A program made the translations under genes and the position numbers. The notes beneath the pieces are model-generated. The model did not search any database, had not been told where the DNA came from, and worked only from the letters and a program-made list of their open reading frames with translations. Below, one piece after another: positions 8,734 to 16,670 of a stretch of DNA of 64,000 nucleotides (the stretch's first letter is position 1; every line of letters starts with the position of its first letter). The stretch spans positions 112,700 through 176,699 of the forward strand of contig WGMC01000028.1 in assembly GCA_016125265.1 (NCBI GenBank), in the 5' to 3' direction. This stretch comes from Planctomycetaceae bacterium (GTDB taxonomy: Bacteria > Planctomycetota > UBA1135 > GCA-002686595).

Positions 8734-11700
8734 GTGACTGCATCCCATTTGCTCGGGTCGCTGGCGAAAGAGTTCGCCGTCGACGTCGACGCCCTCGCCC
8801 GCTTCGTCGCCCTCGTCGATGAGGGTTTCCTGCCCCCGTTCCTCGCCCGTTTCCGCAGCGCGGAATGCGGCGGCATGAACGAGATCCTCATGCGTCGCAT
8901 CCTGCGCCGCCGCCACGAGCTCGAGGATCTCGAACGCCGTCGCGCGAGCATCCTGCGCCTCCTGGAGGCGCGCGGCGACGTGCCTGAGAAGGTCTTCGAG
9001 CAGGTGCGGCGCACGTGGGATCGGTTCGAGTTGGAGGATCTGTTCCTGCCGTTCCGCAGGGCGGAGCCCGAGGTGCAAAAGGCGCTGGAGCGCGGGCTCG
9101 GCGCGCTCGCCGACTTGCTCGTCGCCCCGATGCCGCGTGCGCACGGTTCGGCGGACGGTCAGGCGGACGGTCAGGCGGACGGTGCGGCGGACGGCGAGGC
9201 CGCTGACGGCGCGGCTGCCGAGGCGCCCGCTGCGGATGCGCCCGCTGCCGAGACGACAGCGACGGAGACCGCAGCCAAGGCGGAAGCGGCGCCCGTGGCG
9301 GCTCCCGCGGAAACGAATCCCGCCGAGGCGGCGGCTGAGGACTCCTCGGCTGCGGACGCGCCGTCGGCGGAAGAACTCGACGCGGCGATCGCCGAGCACG
9401 AAGCCACCGACGGCTCCTCCGGCGACGAGGAGGGCGAAGAGGAACACGAGGAACGCCCCGCTCCCACGCTGGAAGCGTCGATCCAAGGGGTGGACTCCGA
9501 GGGCGATCACGCCGGTGTCGACATCGTCGTGACACCCGAACTCGTGCGGGTCTGCCGCGACTTCGTGCGCCCCGACCACGGTGTGCACACGGAGGAAGAG
9601 GCCCTTGCCGGTGCGATGCGCATCCTTTCGGATCGCCTGGGCAGGCACACGGCCCTGCGCGGGCAACTGCGCCGCGCCCTGCGCAAGTTCGGTGTGCTCA
9701 GCGTGCGCGCCGCGGGCGGCGACGAATCGAAGGCCGGCCGCCACAAGGGTTTGCTCAAACTCTCCCAGCCCCTGCCCCAGATCCAAGGGCACAAGCTGTT
9801 GCAGGTTCGCCAGGCCCAGCGGGATCGCTCCATCGCGACGCACATCACGTTGGATGCGGAGCGCGCCATGCCCAAGGTGCTGGCCGCCCTCGGCAAACAC
9901 ACACGCCCCGAGTTCCAGGGTGTGCTCGTCGCCGTTGCGCGGCGCGCGTTCGAACGGCGCTTGATGCCGATGCTCGAGGCCGACGTGCGCCTCGAACTCA
10001 AGGAGCGCGGCGACGAGGAAGCCCTGCGTTTCCTATCCCAGCACCTGCGCCAGTTGTTGATGACGCCGACTCTCGGGCCCAAGCCCGTGGCCGGCATCGA
10101 AGTCACACCCAAGGGCGACATGGTGCTCGCGGTGCTCGACGCACACGGTGTGCCGCTCGTGCCGCCCGCGCCGATCGCGGCCGCGGAGCTGGACGAAACG
10201 GCGTTTGCCGAAAAACTCTCGGAACTGCTGCGTCCCCACGGCATCGCGTGGATCGCCATGGGCGCAAGCCGCGTGGCCCGTCCGGCCGTGCGCCGGTTGC
10301 GCGCGGCCATCGCGACGCTGCAAGCCGATGCGTCGGTGCTCCTGGTCAACGAAGCAGGGCTCTCCAACTACGCCAACTCCGAGTTGGCGCGGCGCGAGCT
10401 GCCCGACATGACCGCGCCCGCGCGCCAGGCGATCAGCTTGGCCCGTCGGCTCTTGGACCCGTTGTCGGAGTTCCTGAAGGTCGATCCGCGGCACCTCGGG
10501 CTCGGGTTCGAACAGGGCCTCGTCAGCAAGGCGAACCTGCGCCGCCTGTTCGACGAAACGCTGCAGTCGGCGGTGGCTCACGTGGGGGTCGATCTGACCC
10601 GCGCGTCGGTCGAATCCCTGCGCCACGTGCCCGGTCTGGACCTCGAGAAGGCCAAGGCCCTGGTCGCGTTGCGCGACGCGGGCGGTCTTTCCACGCGGGC
10701 GGCGCTCAAGACCATGGGGCTGCTCGACGAAGTGCCGTGGACCAACGCCGCGTCGTTCCTGCGGATCCCGAGTTCGAGCGAGGCCCTCGACGCGACGTCG
10801 TTGCACCCCGAGGAATACGAGGTCGTCGAGCGTGTGATCGCCGCGACGGGCCAGCCCCGCGACGCCGTCATCGGCCGCTTCGGAGCGCTGCGGGGCTTGA
10901 ACCCCAAGGATTTCGGTGTGGACGACCCCGCCTGGCGCGACTACACGCAGCAACTCGGCCAACCGGGACGCGACCCCCGGCCGCGCCTCTTCGCTCCGAC
11001 GCTGCTGCCGCAGGACACGAACCTCGAGACGTTGGCCAAGGACACCGTCGTCGAGGGGATCGTCAGCAACGTGGCGAACTTCGGCGCGTTCGTCGACATC
11101 GGCCTCGAGCGCGAGGGGCTGGTGCACATCAGCGAACTCGCGCAACGCTACGTGCGCGACGCGCGGGAAGCGGTGTCGGTGGGCCAGGTGGTGCGGGCGC
11201 GAGTGCTCGACACGTCGGGTCCGCGCATCGCGCTCTCCTTCAAGAACCTGCCCGATCGCCAGAACCGCGCCGGCGGCCGGCGCGCCGGTGGGGAGGGTGG
11301 CGAGGGCGGCGAGCGTCCGCCCCGCGGCGAGCGCCCCGACCGCAAACGCGGCGGCGGCGAACACCGGGAAGGCCGGCGCCGCGACCTCGGTCGCGACGAC
11401 CAGTGGCCCGAGCCCCAGCGCATGGTGCGCGCGGCGAACTCACGGCGCGACGGCATGCCCACCAGCACGGGCCTGCGCGACATGGGCGGCAGCGGCAAAC
11501 CGCCGCGCTCCGGCGGTGGCCAGGGCGGTGGCTCTGGCGGTGGATCCGGCGGCCGCGGTGGGGCACGAGGCGGTGACCGTCCCGGTGGCGGCGGCGGCCG
11601 CGGCGGCGCGCGCGGCGGACGCCCGGGCGACGGCGGCGGCAACTTCGGCCGCGGCCCGCGCGACGACGGCGACTGGAAGAGCGACAAACCGACCCAAACC

Positions 11701-11754
11701 CCCGCCGGTCACAACCCCTTCGCGAACTTCTTCAAGAAGGACGAGAAGAAATAG
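8734..11754 (+). CDS. tex: Tex-like transcription accessory protein (YqgF-like, HhH and S1 domains) with an acidic Ala-rich insert and a long C-terminal RGG/Gly-Arg-rich tail.
   Basis: The N-terminus carries the Tex signature (LAKEFAVDVDALARFVALVDEGFLPPFLARFR). An S1 domain lies near the C-terminus (VEGIVSNVANFGAFVDIGLEREGLVHISEL). The GTG start at 8734 is inferred by alignment to the Tex N-terminus; the ATG at 8269 would overlap the upstream gene and the repeat region. Confidence 0.8.
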   Translation: MTASHLLGSLAKEFAVDVDALARFVALVDEGFLPPFLARFRSAECGGMNEILMRRILRRRHELEDLERRRASILRLLEARGDVPEKVFEQVRRTWDRFELEDLFLPFRRAEPEVQKALERGLGALADLLVAPMPRAHGSADGQADGQADGAADGEAADGAAAEAPAADAPAAETTATETAAKAEAAPVAAPAETNPAEAAAEDSSAADAPSAEELDAAIAEHEATDGSSGDEEGEEEHEERPAPTLEASIQGVDSEGDHAGVDIVVTPELVRVCRDFVRPDHGVHTEEEALAGAMRILSDRLGRHTALRGQLRRALRKFGVLSVRAAGGDESKAGRHKGLLKLSQPLPQIQGHKLLQVRQAQRDRSIATHITLDAERAMPKVLAALGKHTRPEFQGVLVAVARRAFERRLMPMLEADVRLELKERGDEEALRFLSQHLRQLLMTPTLGPKPVAGIEVTPKGDMVLAVLDAHGVPLVPPAPIAAAELDETAFAEKLSELLRPHGIAWIAMGASRVARPAVRRLRAAIATLQADASVLLVNEAGLSNYANSELARRELPDMTAPARQAISLARRLLDPLSEFLKVDPRHLGLGFEQGLVSKANLRRLFDETLQSAVAHVGVDLTRASVESLRHVPGLDLEKAKALVALRDAGGLSTRAALKTMGLLDEVPWTNAASFLRIPSSSEALDATSLHPEEYEVVERVIAATGQPRDAVIGRFGALRGLNPKDFGVDDPAWRDYTQQLGQPGRDPRPRLFAPTLLPQDTNLETLAKDTVVEGIVSNVANFGAFVDIGLEREGLVHISELAQRYVRDAREAVSVGQVVRARVLDTSGPRIALSFKNLPDRQNRAGGRRAGGEGGEGGERPPRGERPDRKRGGGEHREGRRRDLGRDDQWPEPQRMVRAANSRRDGMPTSTGLRDMGGSGKPPRSGGGQGGGSGGGSGGRGGARGGDRPGGGGGRGGARGGRPGDGGGNFGRGPRDDGDWKSDKPTQTPAGHNPFANFFKKDEKK

Positions 11755-11856
11755 GCGCGCGGCCCCCGGGCTCGCGGTCCCGGGTGCGCGGGCCTCCTGG
11801 CCCGCCTTGGAGAGGTGGGGGCGCCAACCGGCGGCGGGCACCCCTGTCCGCGGCGA

Positions 11857-13161
11857 TCAGCGCCGTGACCCGCCGCGTTCGTCGTGGGTGCGCAGGTCCA
11901 TCGGACGCGACGGTGAATTGCGCGGCGCGGGCAGCGCCGCGGGCGGCTCGGGGCGGCGGTCGACGCCGCTCTTCGGCGCGGCGCCGAGGCTGCGCGAGTG
12001 CGCGTTCGACGCAAACGGGTCCGGCCCGTCCAGGATCCCCAGGGACGCGGTCAGATCCTCGTCGATCCGCGATTCGTCGAACTCCGTCTCGCCGTTTTCG
12101 TCGTCGGCCCGCGGGTGCATTCCGCGCGCTCCGCGACCGTAGAGATCCGTGAGCGCCGCCGCGTCCAGGTCGAAGAGCGGAACCTCCGCCTCGGGCTCGT
12201 CCGCGGCGCCGGGAGGAAAGGACCGCAACTGGGCCGCGAGGGACGGCTCGTCGCCCGGGTGCCGCGCGGGCGGCGCAGGCTCCACCGGGAGATCGAGGGC
12301 CCGCGGCGAGTGCTCCGCGGCCGCGGCGGGCGCCGCGCGCACCGGCGCAACCTCCGGCCCGCGCGCGGACCCCGGCGCGGCCATCGACGGGGGCGTGGCG
12401 CTCGCCAGCGGTTCCGGTGGACGCGGCGCGGCGGCGAGCACGGCCCGCGCGGACTCCGCCAGCGCGGCAATCCGCTCGTCCAGCCCGTCGACGTGTTGGT
12501 CGAGGCGTCGCTCGATGCGCCGTTCGATCTCCAGACCCAGCCGGTCCAAGCTGGCCGCCAGGCGCCAGAGCGGCTCCGTCGGCTGCCCGGCCTGCAACGC
12601 ATCTAGCCGCTCCAATAGCGATTCTTCGAAGCGCGCCAAGCGGGTCTCGACGCCCATCTCCAGCGATTGCACCCCGCCGGCGAGCATCGTTTCGAGGGTC
12701 TGACTGAGTTCCTTCTGCCCCGCTGTCGCGCGCTGTTGCAACGCGCCGAGGCCGGTGCCGAGTTGGCGTTGGCGCGCGGCCAGACCCTCGAGCGCGGGCC
12801 GCAGGTCGGGTTGTTCGTCGATGAGTCGCGCGGTGTCGACCGACATGCGCTCGACGCGGGTCAGCAACAGCCCGAGCCCCGCCGACACGAGCCCCAACAT
12901 CAAGGTGCTGGTCGGCCCCATGCCGGCCTGTTGTGCGCCCTCCGCAAGGCCGGCGAGCTGCTGCCCGAAGCCGCCGGCGGAGCCGCCCACGAGCGCCGCA
13001 CCGAGGAGTCCCGTGCCAAGTGCGGCGGCCGCGGTGCCGCCCCACAGGAACGCGCGCGCCGCCAGCGACGTGCCCTGGGGCGGGGGCGGGGTGTGCCCGA
13101 GCAAGTCCCCAAGTCCCAGTGCCCCCTTGTCGCCCGCGAACGGATTGATCTTCCTCAACAT
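11857..13161 (-). CDS. Hypothetical membrane-associated coiled-coil protein.
   Basis: Start at the internal ATG (MLRKINPFAG). A Gly/Ala-rich hydrophobic N-terminal region is followed by heptad-like segments (LERLDALQ..., LEIERRIERRLDQHVDGLDERI) and a Pro/Ala-rich C-terminus. It is more protein-like than the antisense alternatives. Confidence 0.45.
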   Translation of the reverse strand: MLRKINPFAGDKGALGLGDLLGHTPPPPQGTSLAARAFLWGGTAAAALGTGLLGAALVGGSAGGFGQQLAGLAEGAQQAGMGPTSTLMLGLVSAGLGLLLTRVERMSVDTARLIDEQPDLRPALEGLAARQRQLGTGLGALQQRATAGQKELSQTLETMLAGGVQSLEMGVETRLARFEESLLERLDALQAGQPTEPLWRLAASLDRLGLEIERRIERRLDQHVDGLDERIAALAESARAVLAAAPRPPEPLASATPPSMAAPGSARGPEVAPVRAAPAAAAEHSPRALDLPVEPAPPARHPGDEPSLAAQLRSFPPGAADEPEAEVPLFDLDAAALTDLYGRGARGMHPRADDENGETEFDESRIDEDLTASLGILDGPDPFASNAHSRSLGAAPKSGVDRRPEPPAALPAPRNSPSRPMDLRTHDERGGSRR

Positions 13162-13415
13162 GTCCCCCTCGTGTCGTTCGGGCGCGGCTGGAGTGCGCGC
13201 CTGGGTTCGAGCGACGCCTCCACGCCGGGACCCGGACCGCCCCTCCCCAGGGGGGCCCAAGTCCTACCCCGGGGGTCCGGCTGGGCCGGATCGGCGGGGG
13301 ACTCGATTCCCGGGCCCTTCGGCGGGTCGATCCGCCGGTCTTGAGGCGCTCTTCGGGAATCCCTTGGGAGGGGGAGCTGACGTACAGTGGTCGCGGTCCG
13401 AAAGGGCCCCGCTCC

Positions 13416-15182
13416 ATGCCCCAAAACCGCAGTCTGAAGGGAATCGCCGTCGCCCCCGGCCTGGCCGTGGGACCGGTGCACATCGTGCGCGCGGCCCTCG
13501 ACGAAGTGCCCACCTGGTTCGTGCGCGAGGACGAGGTGCCGCTCGAGATCGGCCGGCTCGCGGGGGCGCTGATGGGGGTCTCCGAAGTGCTCGCGCAGCA
13601 GGAGGCCCGCGTTGCGAAGGAAGCCGGACCCAAGGACGCCGCGATCTTCGCCGTGCATCGGGCGATCCTCGAGGACCCCGGCGCGCTGCGCGACGTCGAG
13701 AAGACGATCCGCGACACACGTGTCAACGCGGAAGCGGCCGTGCAGAAGTTGATCGAGCACTTGGAGCGCACCCTCGGCGGCTTGGACGGCAACAACCTGC
13801 GCGGTTACGCCGCGGACGTGTCGGATCCCTGGCGGCGTGTGCTCGACATGCTGCTCGACCGCGACCGGGAGGAGGTGCACCGCTCGAACGGACGTGTCGT
13901 CCTGGCCGCGTCCGAGTTGACGCCGCAAGTGGTCACCTACCTGCCGCGCGAGCGCATTCTCGCCGTCATCTGCGAGAAGGGCGGGCGCTTCTCCCACGGC
14001 GCGGTGCTGGCGCGGTCGCTCGGACTGACCTGCGTGATCGGAGTGCCCAACCTTTTGGGGCGCCTCGAGCAGAACATGCCGGTGGCGGTCGACGGTGTGC
14101 TGGGCACCGTGACGCTGTATCCGAGCGAAGAGGACCTGGCGCGTTTCGGCGAGGAAGAGCAACTGCGCCGCACGCGCGCCGAAGCGGTCGCCGGGTTCGC
14201 GGCGGAACCGTGCCAGTCCTCCTGCGGGAAGCGATTCGTGGCCCAGGCCAACGTCGAGAGCCTGTTGGACCTCGAAACGTTCGACGTCGCCCACACCGAC
14301 GGCATCGGGCTGCTCCGCACCGAGTTCCTCTACATGGAGCGGAACCAGTTTCCGTCCGAGGAAGAGCAGTACCGCCTGTACCGCCGTGTGCTCGAGCAGA
14401 TGGGTGGCCGGCCGGTCACGATGCGCACCTTGGACATCGGCGGCGACAAACCGCTGCCGTACTTCAAGACGCCGCCGGAGAAGAACCCGGCGCTGGGGTG
14501 GCGCGGCCTGCGCATCTCCTTGCAGTGGACCGACCTCCTGCGTGTGCAGATGAGCGCGTTGCTGCGCGCCAGTGTGCACGGGGACCTGCGCATCCTGCTG
14601 CCGATGGTCGGCACCCTCGAACAGATCGACGAGGCCCGGCGTGTGTTCGACGGCGTGCGCAGCCAGTTGGCGGCGCAGGGCTATGACGTGGCCGCCGACG
14701 TGCCCGTCGGTGTGATGATCGAAGTGCCGTCGCTCCTGTTCTGCCTCGAGGCCGTGCTGGAGCGTGTCGACTTCGTCAGCGTCGGGACCAACGATCTCGT
14801 GCAGTACCTGCTGGCCGTCGACCGCGACAACGCCTGGGTGGCGGGCCTCTACGAACCCATGCAGCCGCCGGTGCTCGCGGCCCTCGAACGGGTGGCCGAG
14901 ACGGCGCGGCGGGTCGGCAAGCCGTGTTCCGTGTGCGGCGACATCGCGGCCGACGCGGTGACGGCGCTGCTGCTCGCGGGTCTCGGTTTCGACGGGGTCA
15001 GCGTGGCGCCCCAGTTCCTGGGCGAGCTCAAGTACGCCCTGCGCTCGGCCAGTGCCGCGGAAGCCCGCGACTTTGCGCAGGCGGCGCGGCGTTTGGGCAC
15101 CGCGAAGGAAGTGCGCGCCCACCTGGCGGAGCGGCGCCGGGCCCTGCACAACCGCCTCGGCGGCGCGGCGGCGAAGGGGTAG
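13416..15182 (+). CDS. ptsI: Phosphoenolpyruvate-protein phosphotransferase (PTS enzyme I / PEP-utilizing enzyme).
   Basis: The N-terminal EI domain (IAVAPGLAVGPVHIV), the phosphohistidine region (EKGGRFSHGAVLARSLGLTCVIG), and the PEP-binding TIM barrel (GLLRTEFLYM, SVGTNDLVQY, CGDIAADA) are all present. Confidence 0.9.
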   Translation: MPQNRSLKGIAVAPGLAVGPVHIVRAALDEVPTWFVREDEVPLEIGRLAGALMGVSEVLAQQEARVAKEAGPKDAAIFAVHRAILEDPGALRDVEKTIRDTRVNAEAAVQKLIEHLERTLGGLDGNNLRGYAADVSDPWRRVLDMLLDRDREEVHRSNGRVVLAASELTPQVVTYLPRERILAVICEKGGRFSHGAVLARSLGLTCVIGVPNLLGRLEQNMPVAVDGVLGTVTLYPSEEDLARFGEEEQLRRTRAEAVAGFAAEPCQSSCGKRFVAQANVESLLDLETFDVAHTDGIGLLRTEFLYMERNQFPSEEEQYRLYRRVLEQMGGRPVTMRTLDIGGDKPLPYFKTPPEKNPALGWRGLRISLQWTDLLRVQMSALLRASVHGDLRILLPMVGTLEQIDEARRVFDGVRSQLAAQGYDVAADVPVGVMIEVPSLLFCLEAVLERVDFVSVGTNDLVQYLLAVDRDNAWVAGLYEPMQPPVLAALERVAETARRVGKPCSVCGDIAADAVTALLLAGLGFDGVSVAPQFLGELKYALRSASAAEARDFAQAARRLGTAKEVRAHLAERRRALHNRLGGAAAKG

Positions 15183-15511
15183 GCCAGCGCCGGGTCCGGC
15201 GCCGCGCGCAGGCGGGCTCTGCGGGGCCGCCCGCGGCTCCCGCAAGGGGGCCCACGCCGAACCGATTGCGGGAAAACGGGCAAGCGCGCTCCCAAGCCGG
15301 TCGAAGGCATCCCATGGAGAGGCGTCGCTGGGCGGCGCGTCCGCCCCCCTTTTGCGAGCCACGGTTCACCAGAGCCACGCTGCGTCGGGGATGGGGCGAA
15401 CGTCCGCGCCGGTAGACGGGAGTTTTCGATGGGCCCTCGCCGCGCGCCGCTCCAACCTGTCGCCCGCGGGCGTCCATTCCAAAGAACACACAAGAGAGAA
15501 GGAGCGAGGCT

Positions 15512-16228
15512 TTGCCCTCATCGTCGGCGAACGAGCGCCGCGGCACGGCCGCCCGGCGCGGACGCTGGACACGGGTCGAGATCGAACGGCTGAAGGAGCT
15601 TTACGGCAGACGCGACGAGATGTCGCTCGCCCGCGAGTTCGGCCGACCGGTCGCCAGTGTCCAACGCATGGCCGAGGAGCTGTTCCCCGTGCGCGAACGC
15701 ACGGGTCCGTGGAGCGCTGAAGAACTCGAGGAGCTGAAGAGTTACCTCGGCGCGTCTGGTCCCGCGGTGATCGCGCGCATCCTGGGCCGCCCGCCCAACG
15801 AGGTGGAAGAGCGCATCCACGAGCTCGACCACCAGAAGCAGAGCGGCCGCTGGTCCCGCGAGGACGTGCTGCGTTTCAAGCGTCTCTACGGGACACGCAC
15901 GGACGAGGACCTGGCGCTGATCTTCCAGCGCAACCTCGAATCGATCCGGCGCATGGCCCAGCGCTTTGCCCTGGCCAAGGACAAGGCGTTCCTGCGGCGC
16001 CTGCGCGGCGAGGCGACGACGCGCATGCCGCGCTGGAGCCAGGACGAGCTCACCACCCTGCGCGAGCTGTACCCGACGATGGCCAACCTGGACTTGGCCC
16101 ACAAGCTCGAGCGCTCCGTGAAGAGTGTGGTCTCGAAGGCCCACCACCTCGGCCTCAAGAAGGACGAGGAACGCCTGCGCGCCATGGGCCGCGAGAACGT
16201 GGCCCTGCGCTACCGCAGGCACGGATGA
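15512..16228 (+). CDS. Hypothetical protein composed of four tandem ~45-aa Myb/SANT-like repeats.
   Basis: Four repeat units with consensus G(R/P)W(S/T)xxE(l/v)xxLKeLYG....d..LA..fgR....V..ma..l begin at RWTRVEIERLKELYG, PWSAEELEELKSYLG, RWSREDVLRFKRLYG and RWSQDELTTLRELYP. Confidence 0.6.
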   Translation: MPSSSANERRGTAARRGRWTRVEIERLKELYGRRDEMSLAREFGRPVASVQRMAEELFPVRERTGPWSAEELEELKSYLGASGPAVIARILGRPPNEVEERIHELDHQKQSGRWSREDVLRFKRLYGTRTDEDLALIFQRNLESIRRMAQRFALAKDKAFLRRLRGEATTRMPRWSQDELTTLRELYPTMANLDLAHKLERSVKSVVSKAHHLGLKKDEERLRAMGRENVALRYRRHG

Positions 16229-16596
16229 ACGGGGCCGCGGGAGGACCGTGGAAGCGGTTCTTCGGGGGCTTCGTGTTTGCGGCGCGCGGTGTGCTGTGGG
16301 GCATTCGCTCCCAGCGCAACCTACGTGTGCACGCGGCCGCCGCGGTGGCGGTGGTGGCGCTCGGCGCGTGGCAAGGCGTCGCGGCGTGGGAGTGGTGCGC
16401 CCTTGCGCTCGCGATCGGCCTGGTGATGGGCGCGGAGCTCTTGAACAGCGCCCTCGAAGTGCTGTGCGACCGCGTGACGGGTGAGCGCGACGAAGCCATC
16501 CGGATCGCAAAGGACGCGGCGGCGGGGGGCGTGCTGCTCGCCGCGCTGGCCGCGGCCGCCGTGGGCGCGGTGGTGTTCGTGCCGCGCTGGTCCTAG
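16225..16596 (+). CDS. dgkA: Diacylglycerol kinase / undecaprenol kinase family (DgkA).
   Basis: Three-TM architecture with the DgkA signature (GAELLNSALEVLCDRV, KDAAAGGVLLAALAA). Its ATG overlaps the upstream stop (ATGA). Confidence 0.85.
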   Translation: MNGAAGGPWKRFFGGFVFAARGVLWGIRSQRNLRVHAAAAVAVVALGAWQGVAAWEWCALALAIGLVMGAELLNSALEVLCDRVTGERDEAIRIAKDAAAGGVLLAALAAAAVGAVVFVPRWS

Positions 16597-16639
16597 GACG
16601 CGGCGCCCGCCGTCGAGCGCCGCGCTCCGTCGGCCGTTC

Positions 16640-16663
16640 GGGGCGCGGACCGGGCCGCGCCCC
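16640..16663. repeat. GC-rich hairpin GGGGCGCGGAC-CGG-GCCGCGCCCC between the convergent dgkA and cotH genes. It is a member of a recurring hairpin family.
   Basis: ggggcgcgg / ccgcgcccc are exact reverse complements. Near-identical cores occur at 24862-24883 and 42291-42312. Confidence 0.7.
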
Positions 16664-16670
16664 CACGGAA

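Noticed and set aside
7570-9900. 776-aa minus-strand ORF over the tex 5' region, plus the 8394-8822 and 8513-8725 ORFs inside the tandem repeat.
   Set aside because: These have Arg/Pro/Gly-rich junk composition. They overlap the well-supported tex gene and the non-coding tandem repeat. The repeated 'peptides' arise merely because the DNA is duplicated.
13155-15362. 735-aa minus-strand ORF antisense to ptsI.
   Set aside because: The PtsI frame has full-length family motifs. The antisense translation is low-complexity.
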